Shown here in pieces: positions 1 through 9,450 of a stretch of 64,000 bases of DNA. The position numbers and the translations under genes are program-made. The notes below the pieces were generated by a model. It saw nothing but the letters and a program-made list of their open reading frames with translations, was not told the origin of the DNA and ran no database searches. Position 1 is the stretch's first letter; each line of letters starts with the position of its first letter. The DNA is from Candidatus Forterrea multitransposorum CG_2015-17_Forterrea_25_41 (lineage in GTDB: Archaea > Iainarchaeota > Iainarchaeia > Iainarchaeales > CSSED10-239), in contig CP045477.1 of the NCBI GenBank assembly GCA_009392915.1, forward strand, positions 608,001-672,000, read 5' to 3'.

Positions 1-276
1 TTAGAAATATTAAGAGCTCTTGAAGAACATAAAGAAAGTATTTCTGAAGAAATTACAAAAACTAAAGAAAAGTTAGAAAAAGAAGAAATTACAAAATTTA
101 CTTATGCTACAATGCAAGAAGTTAATCAAAAAAATTTAGATGATAACACAAATAGAAGAAAAATAATCTGGAATGAAATTGCAGAAACTATTAATAATAT
201 TAGTGATAATTTAAATGGTCTTAAAGAATTATACAATCAAAAAACAGAAAACAACGACGCTCCAGAAGTTAAATAA
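1..276 (+). CDS. 3' end of an upstream gene encoding a charged, coiled-coil-like hypothetical protein (partial)
   Basis: Frame 1 is open from the window edge to TAA at 274-276 and translates to a Lys/Glu-rich sequence (..KEKLEKEEITKF..). No recognisable domain. Confidence 0.3.
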   Translation, partial: LEILRALEEHKESISEEITKTKEKLEKEEITKFTYATMQEVNQKNLDDNTNRRKIIWNEIAETINNISDNLNGLKELYNQKTENNDAPEVK

Positions 277-303
277 ATCTTTATTAGGGAATATTGATGA
301 AAT

Positions 304-2331
304 ATGGTTTTTCCTTCTTTAAAAGTTACAAAAGAACTTACAGATAAGATAAGTAAACTTGAAGAAATAGAAAATACTAGAAGTGAAGATGAAGAAAAAA
401 TCATAAATCAATTTTTTAAAAAAGAAATATCTCAAAAACAATTAATTTCTCTATTAAGAGAGAAAAAAATACAATCTATTTCTAAAAAAACAGATATTAA
501 GGCAGTACATGCACTTGTAGATTATAATAAAACTTTAGCAAAGTTATCAGAAAATCTACAACTACAAAAAATACCTATTTATAGTATTGAAAATAGATCT
601 ACGTTTAAAAGAATTTTAAAAAACTTATTTACAAAGAAAACTAAAAAAATAAAACCAAAGAAAGTAGAAGTTAAAAAAGATATTGATACAAAAAAAGAAA
701 CTGAAATTAAAAAAGACACAAAAATTGAAACCAAAAAAGAAAAGAAAGATACAAATATCTTTGATAGAATATTTAAGAAAAGAGAAGCATTAGTTACAAA
801 AGTTGAAGAAAAACATGAAATCAAACCAACTTTTGAACCTCCAAAAGAACTTTTACCTGAAAACTATCAAGTCTTAATACATGGTTTTGCATATGCCTTT
901 ATTAGAGAATCAGAAAATGAAAGAATATATGTTGTTGCAGAACCAGAACTTACAGAAGAAGAAGAAAGAATTTTAAAAGAAACTAGAGAATCACTTATTA
1001 ATAAAATATCACTTGCAGATCTTACTGATGAGTCTCAAATGTATACTTTAGTTGAAAAAATATTTACAAGAAATAAAATAAAACTTGAAAAAGAACAAAA
1101 AGATAAAATTGTTTATTATATTATAAGACAAGTAAGTGGACTTGATAAAATAGAACCACTTATGCATGATCCATTAATTGAAGATATTGAGTGTGATGGT
1201 ATAGGGATACCAATCTTCATTGTTCATAGAAAATATGGACACATTGTAACAAATATTGTTCTAGATACAGAAAATGAACTACAACAATTTATTATAAAAA
1301 TGGCACACCTTTGTAAAAGTTATGTTTCATATGCATCTCCACTTTTAGATGCAATTTTACCAGATGGATCTCGTGTAAATGCAACATTAACTTCAAATGT
1401 TTCAACAAGAGGACCAACTTTTACAATCAGAAAGTTCCCTCAAAAACCATTAACAACAATTGATTTAATTAACTCTGAAACAATCACTCCAGAAATTGTA
1501 TCATATCTTTGGACATTACTTGAATTTAAAAAGAACATGATATTAATTGGACCAACAGCTGGTGGAAAAACAACACTTCTAAATGTAATTTCTTCATTTA
1601 TACCAGAAGCACAAAGAGTAGTATCAATTGAAGATACAAGAGAAATTAATCTTTTACTTAACAACTGGATTCCACAGATTACAAGAAGTGGTTTTGGACC
1701 TCCTGATCAAAATGGAAAAAGATATGGTGAAGTTAACATGAATGATCTTTTAAAAGAATCATTCAGACAAAGACCAGATTACTTAATTATCGGTGAAGTA
1801 AGAGGAGAAGAAATGGCTTTAATGTTCCAGGGTATGGCATCTGGACACTGTTCTCTATCAACAGTACACTCTAAAAGTGTAGAAGCATTAATTACAAGAA
1901 TTACAACTCCTCCAATCTCTTTAGATCCTTCACTTATAACAAGTCTTGATATTGTAATTGTAACAGGATTTACTGGTGTTGGAGAAGAAGGAAAGAGAGA
2001 AATTAAAGAAATTGATGAAATTAAAGGTTATAATAGTAAAGATAAGAAAGTAGAATATAATCCAATATATAAATCAATAGATAAATTTAAAGAAAAAAGT
2101 GCAACTTCACAAAGTGATCTTTTCCATAAAGAAACAGCTTTAGTATACAATAGTGATGTTTTAAAAGAAATATGTACAGAACATAATATTTCTAAAAAGA
2201 AAATGACAGATATAATAATGGCAAGAACTAAATTTATTGAAGCACTTACTAAAAACCCACCAAAAGATTACGTAGAATTTAATAAACTACTTAAAAATTA
2301 TAAAAGAAAAGAAGATTTTACTGAAAATTAA
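304..2331 (+). CDS. flaI: Type IV pilus/archaellum assembly ATPase (FlaI/ArlI, GspE/PilB family) with a long lysine-rich N-terminal extension
   Basis: Walker A GPTAGGKTTLLN is followed by the secretion-NTPase motifs (SIEDTREINL, LIIGEVRGEE). The first ~200 aa are low-complexity and K/E-rich. Confidence 0.8.
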   Translation: MVFPSLKVTKELTDKISKLEEIENTRSEDEEKIINQFFKKEISQKQLISLLREKKIQSISKKTDIKAVHALVDYNKTLAKLSENLQLQKIPIYSIENRSTFKRILKNLFTKKTKKIKPKKVEVKKDIDTKKETEIKKDTKIETKKEKKDTNIFDRIFKKREALVTKVEEKHEIKPTFEPPKELLPENYQVLIHGFAYAFIRESENERIYVVAEPELTEEEERILKETRESLINKISLADLTDESQMYTLVEKIFTRNKIKLEKEQKDKIVYYIIRQVSGLDKIEPLMHDPLIEDIECDGIGIPIFIVHRKYGHIVTNIVLDTENELQQFIIKMAHLCKSYVSYASPLLDAILPDGSRVNATLTSNVSTRGPTFTIRKFPQKPLTTIDLINSETITPEIVSYLWTLLEFKKNMILIGPTAGGKTTLLNVISSFIPEAQRVVSIEDTREINLLLNNWIPQITRSGFGPPDQNGKRYGEVNMNDLLKESFRQRPDYLIIGEVRGEEMALMFQGMASGHCSLSTVHSKSVEALITRITTPPISLDPSLITSLDIVIVTGFTGVGEEGKREIKEIDEIKGYNSKDKKVEYNPIYKSIDKFKEKSATSQSDLFHKETALVYNSDVLKEICTEHNISKKKMTDIIMARTKFIEALTKNPPKDYVEFNKLLKNYKRKEDFTEN

Positions 2332-3632
2332 AAAGGATCATCATAAGATAAAAGGCCGTCTTTTTGGGTTTTTTTAGTATAATTTTGTTTTTGTGGTTTT
2401 TTTTTCTTTTTTATAATTATTAAAAATATAATTAAAATTATTATTATTACAGAAATTACAATATAATAAAAAACACTATTTTGTTCAACTTCTTCTTCAA
2501 TAAAACCAGAATCAATAATTGCTTTAGATTTAGACTTTAAAATTGAAATTTTATCAATAGCTTGTGAATATTGAGCTTTTGAAACTAAATCATTATATTC
2601 ATTATATGTTCTAAAAAGAGCATCAACTTCTGATTGTTCCTTCCAATAAGGTTTGTATTCATCGTTTAAAATTGTAGTGATAGCATGCTCTAAATTGTTA
2701 TAATTTGTAAAAGAAGCATCATAACTAGTCATCAAGTCCTTTAATTTAACAGACTCCATCCTAAGTTTCAAGTTATCAATAAATATACTTACCTTTTCAT
2801 CACCTTTTAAATCTAAATATAGTTTAGAATAGAAAGAACTTGTTGAAGAAAGGCTTTCATAAACATAATTAATATTTGAATTAAGGCTTGAAGGAGGAGA
2901 AACTAAGTTTACAAGCCCAGAAATTTCATTTGCTGGAATATTATCTTCAGCTACAATTTTTGTAACCAATTGTTCTGATTCTTGAATATATTCTAAAGAA
3001 GCTTGAGATAATTTATCATAACCTTTAAAAGAAGAATCAAAAGATTTTAAAAGACTAGATGTATCTTTACAATCTGGAGAAGATAAAAATGAATTTTGAG
3101 AATTTAGAAGTGAAGTTAAACTTTCTTTTAGATCTTCAAGATAAACTATTAGATTATTTATATGATTAATTGTTATTGTTATTTGAGAATTAAGTTCAAC
3201 AGAATAATTCTTTTCTAAAAGACCATTTAATTGTGCTTTCTTTGAATTAAGAGAAGTAATTATTGAATTAATTCTGTCAATTAATTGAGAAGATAAATAA
3301 TTATTAGGATTTGAATTTTTTAAAGATTTTAAAAGATATTCAGTTTTGATTAAATTAACATTAAAAGAATCAGTTTCACTTAAATAAACTTGAGAAAGCT
3401 CATTTGAGATTGGAACAAATAAAACAGATTCTCCTAAAGAATTTACAATAGGTATTACAAAATATTCTTCATCTTCACAACTTATCTTTGGTTGTGTAAA
3501 AGTATCAATCATATCATTTTCAGAAAGATACTCTTTTGAAATATCTTGAGCTCCAAATAAAGATAAAGCAAAAAGGTTTGAAGAAAATAAAACAATCACT
3601 AAAAATATTAATAAAATCTTTTTCATAAACAT
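2328..3632 (-). CDS. Secreted, C-terminally membrane-anchored hypothetical protein
   Basis: Likely start at the internal Met (MFMKKILLIFLVIVLF...), giving a signal peptide. Long Ser/Asn/Leu-rich predicted extracellular region. C-terminal hydrophobic helix followed by KKKKK. Confidence 0.4.
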   Translation of the reverse strand: MFMKKILLIFLVIVLFSSNLFALSLFGAQDISKEYLSENDMIDTFTQPKISCEDEEYFVIPIVNSLGESVLFVPISNELSQVYLSETDSFNVNLIKTEYLLKSLKNSNPNNYLSSQLIDRINSIITSLNSKKAQLNGLLEKNYSVELNSQITITINHINNLIVYLEDLKESLTSLLNSQNSFLSSPDCKDTSSLLKSFDSSFKGYDKLSQASLEYIQESEQLVTKIVAEDNIPANEISGLVNLVSPPSSLNSNINYVYESLSSTSSFYSKLYLDLKGDEKVSIFIDNLKLRMESVKLKDLMTSYDASFTNYNNLEHAITTILNDEYKPYWKEQSEVDALFRTYNEYNDLVSKAQYSQAIDKISILKSKSKAIIDSGFIEEEVEQNSVFYYIVISVIIIILIIFLIIIKKKKKPQKQNYTKKTQKDGLLSYDDPF

Positions 3633-3651
3633 CAATTTTTTTAAACTATTA

Positions 3652-4629
3652 TTATTCATCTCTAATAGCTCCATTATTAAAAACTTTATAGAAAATAAAA
3701 ACATATAAAAGACCTATAAGAGAAAAGGCAATTGAAAAATATATCTGCGCCATTGAAGCAATTAAAATACCAATGAAAAGAGCAAAGAATTTATTTACAA
3801 CAACCATTAAAGGAATACTTGAAATTGAATCTAAAACTTGATTTTTAATATCATTAGTATTTAAATTTGCATAAAGTCTATCAAAATCTTCAGTACTTGT
3901 TTTAGCACTACTGTTTTCTTTAATATTTTCTATAAAGTCAATATAGTTATAGACTACAGGATCTTTTAATTTTTGTAACTCTTTATATTCTTCTGAATCT
4001 ATTATAAAATTTACAACTGAAGAAGTACTTGCTTTACTTATACTGTAAGAAGTACCAAGCCAATTACCAATATCATCACCTACAAAAACTTCAACCATAC
4101 CCATTTGCATTTTTTGAGAATAACTTGCTTGATTTGGTAAGATTACAAGAAAGATTACTAAAAATAAAGTTAAAGATAAAAGAATACTTATCTTTGAATT
4201 TGCATAGTTTGAAAGAGAGTTAAGATGATCTCTTTCTTTAAATTTATTATATGTTAGAATAGATAAAAGTAAATGAGAAGCTAAATAAAATAAAACAAAT
4301 AACCAAAAATTTGCAGAAAATTTAAATATTAAAAAAGAAATTATAAAACCTAAAGTTATTCCTAAAAAAACTTCTAAAAGATCTAAATTTTTTTCTTTTC
4401 TAACAGATAAAGCAATACAGATTGCAGAAGTTATTGGAAATAATAAAAGTAAAAATAAAAAATCTAATGTTAAAAAAGTATTAACAATATCAGATAAATT
4501 AAAAACAATTAAAGAAGTTAGAGAAATACCTGATGCTTTATAAAAAAACATCCACATTATTATTGAAAAAGCAATTAAAAATATTTTTAAAATACCTTTT
4601 TTTTCAAAAACTTCAGTATAACTCATCAA
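3652..4629 (-). CDS. Polytopic integral membrane protein (function unknown)
   Basis: Multiple hydrophobic helices spread over 325 aa. No recognisable catalytic motif. Confidence 0.4.
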   Translation of the reverse strand: MMSYTEVFEKKGILKIFLIAFSIIMWMFFYKASGISLTSLIVFNLSDIVNTFLTLDFLFLLLLFPITSAICIALSVRKEKNLDLLEVFLGITLGFIISFLIFKFSANFWLFVLFYLASHLLLSILTYNKFKERDHLNSLSNYANSKISILLSLTLFLVIFLVILPNQASYSQKMQMGMVEVFVGDDIGNWLGTSYSISKASTSSVVNFIIDSEEYKELQKLKDPVVYNYIDFIENIKENSSAKTSTEDFDRLYANLNTNDIKNQVLDSISSIPLMVVVNKFFALFIGILIASMAQIYFSIAFSLIGLLYVFIFYKVFNNGAIRDE

Positions 4630-5536
4630 TGTTCACCAAATCTAAAAGACCTTCTTTTTCATCAACAATAAAAGTTGTTTCTGCTTGAGAGACATAACTA
4701 TCTTTCCTATCAACTAAAACAGGAAAGCTTGCAATAATTTCATTTTTTAAAAGCTCTCTTAAAGCATATCTTCTTTGAAATGTAGAAAGATTTTTACCAA
4801 CCCAATATTCTGAAAAAGGAGTTCCATTATATTTATGGATCTCTTCAAGAATTAATTTAGCGTCTTTATTTCTAATACCTCTATCTTCTATGTGTTGAAA
4901 AATTAAAATTTTATCAGCTTCAGAAACAAAACCATCTCCAGTAGATGCAAAAGGTTCAATTGCAAATGGAAGATTAATTTCTGTTATTGGAATATTAATA
5001 TCATTTGAAGTGTTTGGTATTGATGGTGATGCATGAGGTTCATATCTTTCAATTGCATGTCCTGTAAGATTTATAATTGTTTTAAAACCTCTTGAAGTTA
5101 TTTCTTTATCAATTATTTTTCCAAGATCAGAGATTTTTGTAGTTTTATAATTATTTATTAAATGCTCTTTTGCTTTTTTAAGAGCAAAAAAAGAAGCATC
5201 TCTTAAAGATTCATGTTTTTTATTAAAAATTATTGTTTGTGCAGAATCTGCAATATATCCTTCAATTGAAACACCAACATCAACTTTTAAAACATCATCT
5301 TCTTTTAAGATTACTGGAGATTCTAAATCATAGGTGTTATGTGCAGCTTCATTATTAACAGACAGGTTTACTGGCCAAGCAGGAACAGCACCATTATCTA
5401 AAATAAACTTATCAATTTCAACACCTATTCTTGAAAGGTCAGAGCCAACTTTAATTAAGTTCTTTGCAAATTTTTGAGTTTTAAAGTTTAACTCTCCAGC
5501 TTTTTTTAAAAGTTTAAGATTTATATCTTGAGTCAT
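4613..5536 (-). CDS. map: Methionine aminopeptidase, archaeal type 2 (M24 family)
   Basis: Pita-bread metal-binding region motifs DVGVSIEGYIAD and TGHAIERYEPH. Length ~300 aa. Confidence 0.85.
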   Translation of the reverse strand: MTQDINLKLLKKAGELNFKTQKFAKNLIKVGSDLSRIGVEIDKFILDNGAVPAWPVNLSVNNEAAHNTYDLESPVILKEDDVLKVDVGVSIEGYIADSAQTIIFNKKHESLRDASFFALKKAKEHLINNYKTTKISDLGKIIDKEITSRGFKTIINLTGHAIERYEPHASPSIPNTSNDINIPITEINLPFAIEPFASTGDGFVSEADKILIFQHIEDRGIRNKDAKLILEEIHKYNGTPFSEYWVGKNLSTFQRRYALRELLKNEIIASFPVLVDRKDSYVSQAETTFIVDEKEGLLDLVNIDELY

Positions 5537-5542
5537 GTAAAA

Positions 5543-6052
5543 TCATTTTTTATTTTTTTTAGAAATATTTTTCTTTGAACTATTAAAAGAAAGTATAAAT
5601 AAAAATAACATCGCAATTATAATTCCTGAAAATAAAGGAAGATCACTTACAGGAACTTTATTTGAAGATTTAATTACTGTAAAATATTTACTAAAAAGAT
5701 TATTTGAAGGATTATCATCTGTATCAGTTAAAAAAATTCTTAGCATATATGGTTGGTTTGAATAATTAATATCAGCACCTGTAACTGTTATTAAATTATC
5801 ACCATCATTTAAAGAACCATTATCAGTATAGAAAGGAGCTCCTCCTGTTGGTCTGTAAATGTTTAAATCATAATCTGCAAATCCTGGAGAATTTGAAGAA
5901 ACTACAACTGTAATATTAAAATCTGAATTAGCTCTTACAGTGTTTGGAATTACAACATCAGTTATTCCAAAATCATCATAAGCAGAAATATTGAAAGAAA
6001 TAAAAATAATCATTAAAAAAGATATTATACTAAAAATAATTTTGTTTTTCAA
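5543..6052 (-). CDS. Small secreted hypothetical protein with C-terminal membrane anchor
   Basis: N-terminal hydrophobic signal. C-terminal TM helix plus KKNISKKNKK tail. Confidence 0.35.
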   Translation of the reverse strand: MKNKIIFSIISFLMIIFISFNISAYDDFGITDVVIPNTVRANSDFNITVVVSSNSPGFADYDLNIYRPTGGAPFYTDNGSLNDGDNLITVTGADINYSNQPYMLRIFLTDTDDNPSNNLFSKYFTVIKSSNKVPVSDLPLFSGIIIAMLFLFILSFNSSKKNISKKNKK

Positions 6053-6171
6053 AATCTATCACCTTACACCTAAATATATTTATATAAAACTAATAAATAT
6101 ATTAACTGGTAAGTAATAAAAAGCTTTTTGTTTTAATAAAAAAAAGAAAAATAGAGATGATCTAATACTTT

Positions 6172-6639
6172 TTAAAGTCTAGAATCAAAATCTCCGTGGT
6201 TAACCATTTTTGTAACTTCAGAAGCAGGAAGATTATCAATAGTAACACCCATTGCTCTACAGGAACCTAAAATTTCTTTAACAGCAGATTTTTTAGATTT
6301 TGAAACTAATTGAGAATATTTAGCATTCATGATTTTTAAAACTTGTTCAAATGTTAAATTTCCAGCAACTTCTTCATTAACTTTTGAAGCACCTTTCTTA
6401 ATATTTAATTCTTTTTTAATTAATGCTCCTGTTTGAGGAGAACCTAATTCAATTGTAAATTTCTTTTTAGAATCAATATGTATCTTAACAGGAATTTCCA
6501 TACCATTAAGATGTTTTGTATCTTCATTTATTTTATTTACAATTTCCATTGTATTTACTCCTAAAGGACCTAAAGCAGGACCAATTGGAGGACCAGCATT
6601 TGCTTTTCCAGCTTCTACTAAAACTTTTATTGTAGGCAT
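6172..6639 (-). CDS. rpl11: 50S ribosomal protein L11 (uL11)
   Basis: N-terminus MPTIKVLVEAGKANAGPPIGPALGPLGVN is diagnostic of L11. Confidence 0.9.
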   Translation of the reverse strand: MPTIKVLVEAGKANAGPPIGPALGPLGVNTMEIVNKINEDTKHLNGMEIPVKIHIDSKKKFTIELGSPQTGALIKKELNIKKGASKVNEEVAGNLTFEQVLKIMNAKYSQLVSKSKKSAVKEILGSCRAMGVTIDNLPASEVTKMVNHGDFDSRL

Positions 6640-6663
6640 ATTTTAATCACTCTTTTTATATTT

Positions 6664-7101
6664 TTAATTTAATAATTTTATGTTTTCTGCTTTAATTGTT
6701 ATTGGAATCTTAACACTTGCATCGAAAAGTTCAATGATAACTTCTTCTTTTGCTAAATTAATTCTAACAACTTTTGCTCTAGAACCTTTAAAAGGGCCTA
6801 GGATAATTTCAACAGTTTGTCCAGGTTTTATAGAAGTCATTAATGGTCTTGATTCTAAAACTCCTGCAATTTCTGAAATATTAATGTTTCCTTCAACAAT
6901 TTTTCCACCTTTAATATGAGGAACATTATGAACTAAAATTTCAACTGTTTTTTTAGAATCAGCTTCAACTAAAAGATACCCTTTTAAATCAGCCATTTCA
7001 ACTACAGAATAAACTTCAAGTTCATCTTGTCTTGCTTTATTTGCTAAAAGATCCATTATTACTTTTTCTTGACCAACTGTTGTTCTTATTGTAAAAATCA
7101 T
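6664..7101 (-). CDS. spt5: Transcription elongation factor Spt5 (NusG homolog)
   Basis: NGN domain plus C-terminal KOW motif (GQTVEIILGPFKGSRAKVVRI). Conserved position between SecE and L11. Confidence 0.85.
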   Translation of the reverse strand: MIFTIRTTVGQEKVIMDLLANKARQDELEVYSVVEMADLKGYLLVEADSKKTVEILVHNVPHIKGGKIVEGNINISEIAGVLESRPLMTSIKPGQTVEIILGPFKGSRAKVVRINLAKEEVIIELFDASVKIPITIKAENIKLLN

Positions 7102-7126
7102 ATTTTTTCACACACTTATAAGTTTT

Positions 7127-7303
7127 TTAAAAAAAGCTTGCAATAAGCTTTACAAAATAACCAATAACTCCTATAACTACTATTCCTATGGCAATAATCT
7201 TTGCCATAAAACCAAACTCTTTAGTAGTTGGTTTTTGAGAAATGTTTAATATTCTTCTTGAAGATGCAAAGAAATTATTTAATTTATTCATCATTTTTGA
7301 CAT
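7127..7303 (-). CDS. secE: Protein translocase subunit SecE/Sec61-gamma (small ORF not in the supplied track)
   Basis: Manual translation gives MSKMMNKLNNFFASSRRILNISQKPTTKEFGFMAKIIAIGIVVIGVIGYFVKLIASFF (58 aa), with a single C-terminal TM helix. Sits in the conserved secE-spt5-rpl11 order. Confidence 0.6.
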   Translation of the reverse strand: MSKMMNKLNNFFASSRRILNISQKPTTKEFGFMAKIIAIGIVVIGVIGYFVKLIASFF

Positions 7304-7327
7304 ATTTTAATCAACTCTTATATTTTT

Positions 7328-8398
7328 TTAAACACTATCAATATCAAGATCCATACCTTTTAGATCATCTGAATTATATCCTTCTTCAAGATAAGGAATA
7401 TGAGCACCTGCAATTACAACCATAACTTTTACTTTTTTATTTGCAAGGTTATCATCAATCATAGCACCCCAAATAATATGAGCATCTTCATTTATTTTAG
7501 AAGCTACAGTATCAACAATAAGCTCAGATTCTTTAATTGTTAAATCAGAACCACCAATTACATTTACTAAAGCTTTCTTTGAGCTTGTAATATCAATATC
7601 AAGTAAAGGAGAAGTTAATGCATTTTCAACAGCTTCCATTGCTCTTGAATCATTACCTTTTTCAATATTTGATTCTCCAACACCAATCATTGCCATTCCA
7701 CCTTTTGAAAGAATCGTTCTAAGATCTGCAAAATCAAGATTAATTATTCCTGATTTTGTAATAAGCTCAACTATACCTTTTACACTTTCAGTTAAGATTT
7801 TATCAACTTCTTGGAAAGCAACATTTAATGGAAGATCTGGAGCAATTTCTAAAATTTTATCGTTTGGAATTATTATTAAAGTATCAACTTCTTTTTTTAA
7901 TTTATCAAGGCCTGCAAGAGCGTTTTCAATTCTTTTTTTACCCTCTACAGCAAATGGTAAAGTTGCAACTCCAATTGTTAAAGAACCTTGTTCTTTTGCA
8001 AGTCTTGCAACAACAGGTGCAGCACCAGTTCCTGTTCCACCACCAAGACCACAAGTTACAAATACTAAATCTTTTCCTTTAATTAAATCTATAAGTTCAT
8101 CTTTTGATTCCTCTGCAGCAGAAGCACCAACATCTGGATTTGATCCAGCACCTAAACCTTTTGTTGTTTTTTTACCAATTAATATTTTTTTATCAGCATT
8201 AACTCTTATTAAAGCTTGAGCATCTGTGTTTAAAGCAATTGTAAAAGCTCCTTCAACACCAATATTTGTTAATCTTTCAATAGTGTTGTTACCGCTACCA
8301 CCAGCACCAATAACACATATTTTTGGTAAAGATGCATTTAAAAATTCTTCAAGTTCTGCATTGGTTTGTTGATTGTTATCCAAGATAATCCACCTCAT
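7328..8398 (-). CDS. ftsZ: Cell division GTPase FtsZ
   Basis: Tubulin signature GGGTGTGAAPVVA and the GAGGSGNN N-terminal glycine loop. Confidence 0.9.
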   Translation of the reverse strand: MRWIILDNNQQTNAELEEFLNASLPKICVIGAGGSGNNTIERLTNIGVEGAFTIALNTDAQALIRVNADKKILIGKKTTKGLGAGSNPDVGASAAEESKDELIDLIKGKDLVFVTCGLGGGTGTGAAPVVARLAKEQGSLTIGVATLPFAVEGKKRIENALAGLDKLKKEVDTLIIIPNDKILEIAPDLPLNVAFQEVDKILTESVKGIVELITKSGIINLDFADLRTILSKGGMAMIGVGESNIEKGNDSRAMEAVENALTSPLLDIDITSSKKALVNVIGGSDLTIKESELIVDTVASKINEDAHIIWGAMIDDNLANKKVKVMVVIAGAHIPYLEEGYNSDDLKGMDLDIDSV

Positions 8399-8504
8399 AA
8401 ATAAATAAATATATTATTATATAATAAGTATAATATTATATATTATAGTGAGGAAACCTTTAAATATAATATGGTTAACCTATTTTTATGAAAGGTGAAT
8501 AAAA

Positions 8505-9407
8505 ATGATATATGAAAACGTAAAAAATGTTGCAAAAGGAATAAAAGAGATAAAAATTCAAGGTGCAAGTAATATTGAGCTTGAAGCAATAAAGGCTATT
8601 AAAGAATATATTTATGAAACTAAAAAGCTTGGAGAAGAATTAATTGAAGAAACAAAAGAAAACATTAATCATTTAGTTGTTCAAAGACCAAATGAACCAA
8701 AGCTTAGAAACTCATTAAACTATATTTTTCAAGAAGTTAAAAAACATCCACATAATACTGAGGAAATTGAAAAAGAAATTGAAAAATATCAAGAAAAAAC
8801 AGAAATTGGAAATGAAAAAGTTTCTGAAATGGCATCTCAAATGATTACAGATGGATCTAAAATTTTAACACATTGCCATTCAACTTTAGTTGAAAATGCT
8901 TTTAAAAAAGCATATGACAAAGGAATTGATTTTCAAGTATTCTGTACAGAAACAAGACCTAGATACCAAGGAAGAATAACTGCTAAAAATCTATCAGATT
9001 ATGGAATTAAGACAACAATGGTGACTGATGCTTCAGTTACACATTATCTTAAAGGAATAGATTATTTTTTCACAGGTGCAGATGTTATTTTTTCTGATGG
9101 AACAATAATGAATAAACTTGGAACTCATGCAATTAGTATTGCAGCAAAAGAATTTAAGACAGAACATATAGTTCTTACAACTACACATTGTGTTGAAGCA
9201 AACGATCTTTTATCCTTTGTTCAAGAAATTGAAGAAAGATCTGAAGATGAAGTTTGGGAAAAAGAAAATAGACCAGTTAATTTAAAGATTAAAAATCCTG
9301 CTTTTGATATTGTTCCAAATGATCTTATTGGAAAATTTATAACAGAAGAAGGAGTATTTTCTCCAGAAACACTTTCATTCTGGGTTAATCAATTCCAAAG
9401 AAAATAA
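8505..9407 (+). CDS. eIF-2B alpha/beta/delta family protein (aIF-2BI / ribose-1,5-bisphosphate isomerase-like)
   Basis: C-terminal block GADVIFSDGTIMNKLGTHAISIAAKEF is typical of the eIF2B/MtnA family. Confidence 0.7.
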   Translation: MIYENVKNVAKGIKEIKIQGASNIELEAIKAIKEYIYETKKLGEELIEETKENINHLVVQRPNEPKLRNSLNYIFQEVKKHPHNTEEIEKEIEKYQEKTEIGNEKVSEMASQMITDGSKILTHCHSTLVENAFKKAYDKGIDFQVFCTETRPRYQGRITAKNLSDYGIKTTMVTDASVTHYLKGIDYFFTGADVIFSDGTIMNKLGTHAISIAAKEFKTEHIVLTTTHCVEANDLLSFVQEIEERSEDEVWEKENRPVNLKIKNPAFDIVPNDLIGKFITEEGVFSPETLSFWVNQFQRK

Positions 9408-9450
9408 TTGTTTTATTTATAAAAAGAATTTTTCTTTTTATTTTTTTAAT

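Noticed and set aside
579-824. Numerous short antisense ORFs in the track (e.g. 579-824, 1440-1664, 4029-4223, 6680-6919, 7828-8082, 15325-15534, 31515-31724, 48526-48816, 53777-53980, 57967-58287, 58459-58782, 59639-59839, 61335-61517, 63225-63831)
   Set aside because: Each is embedded antisense or out of frame within a longer, well-supported gene. They show low-complexity translations (F/I/L/K-rich) typical of AT-rich shadow frames.
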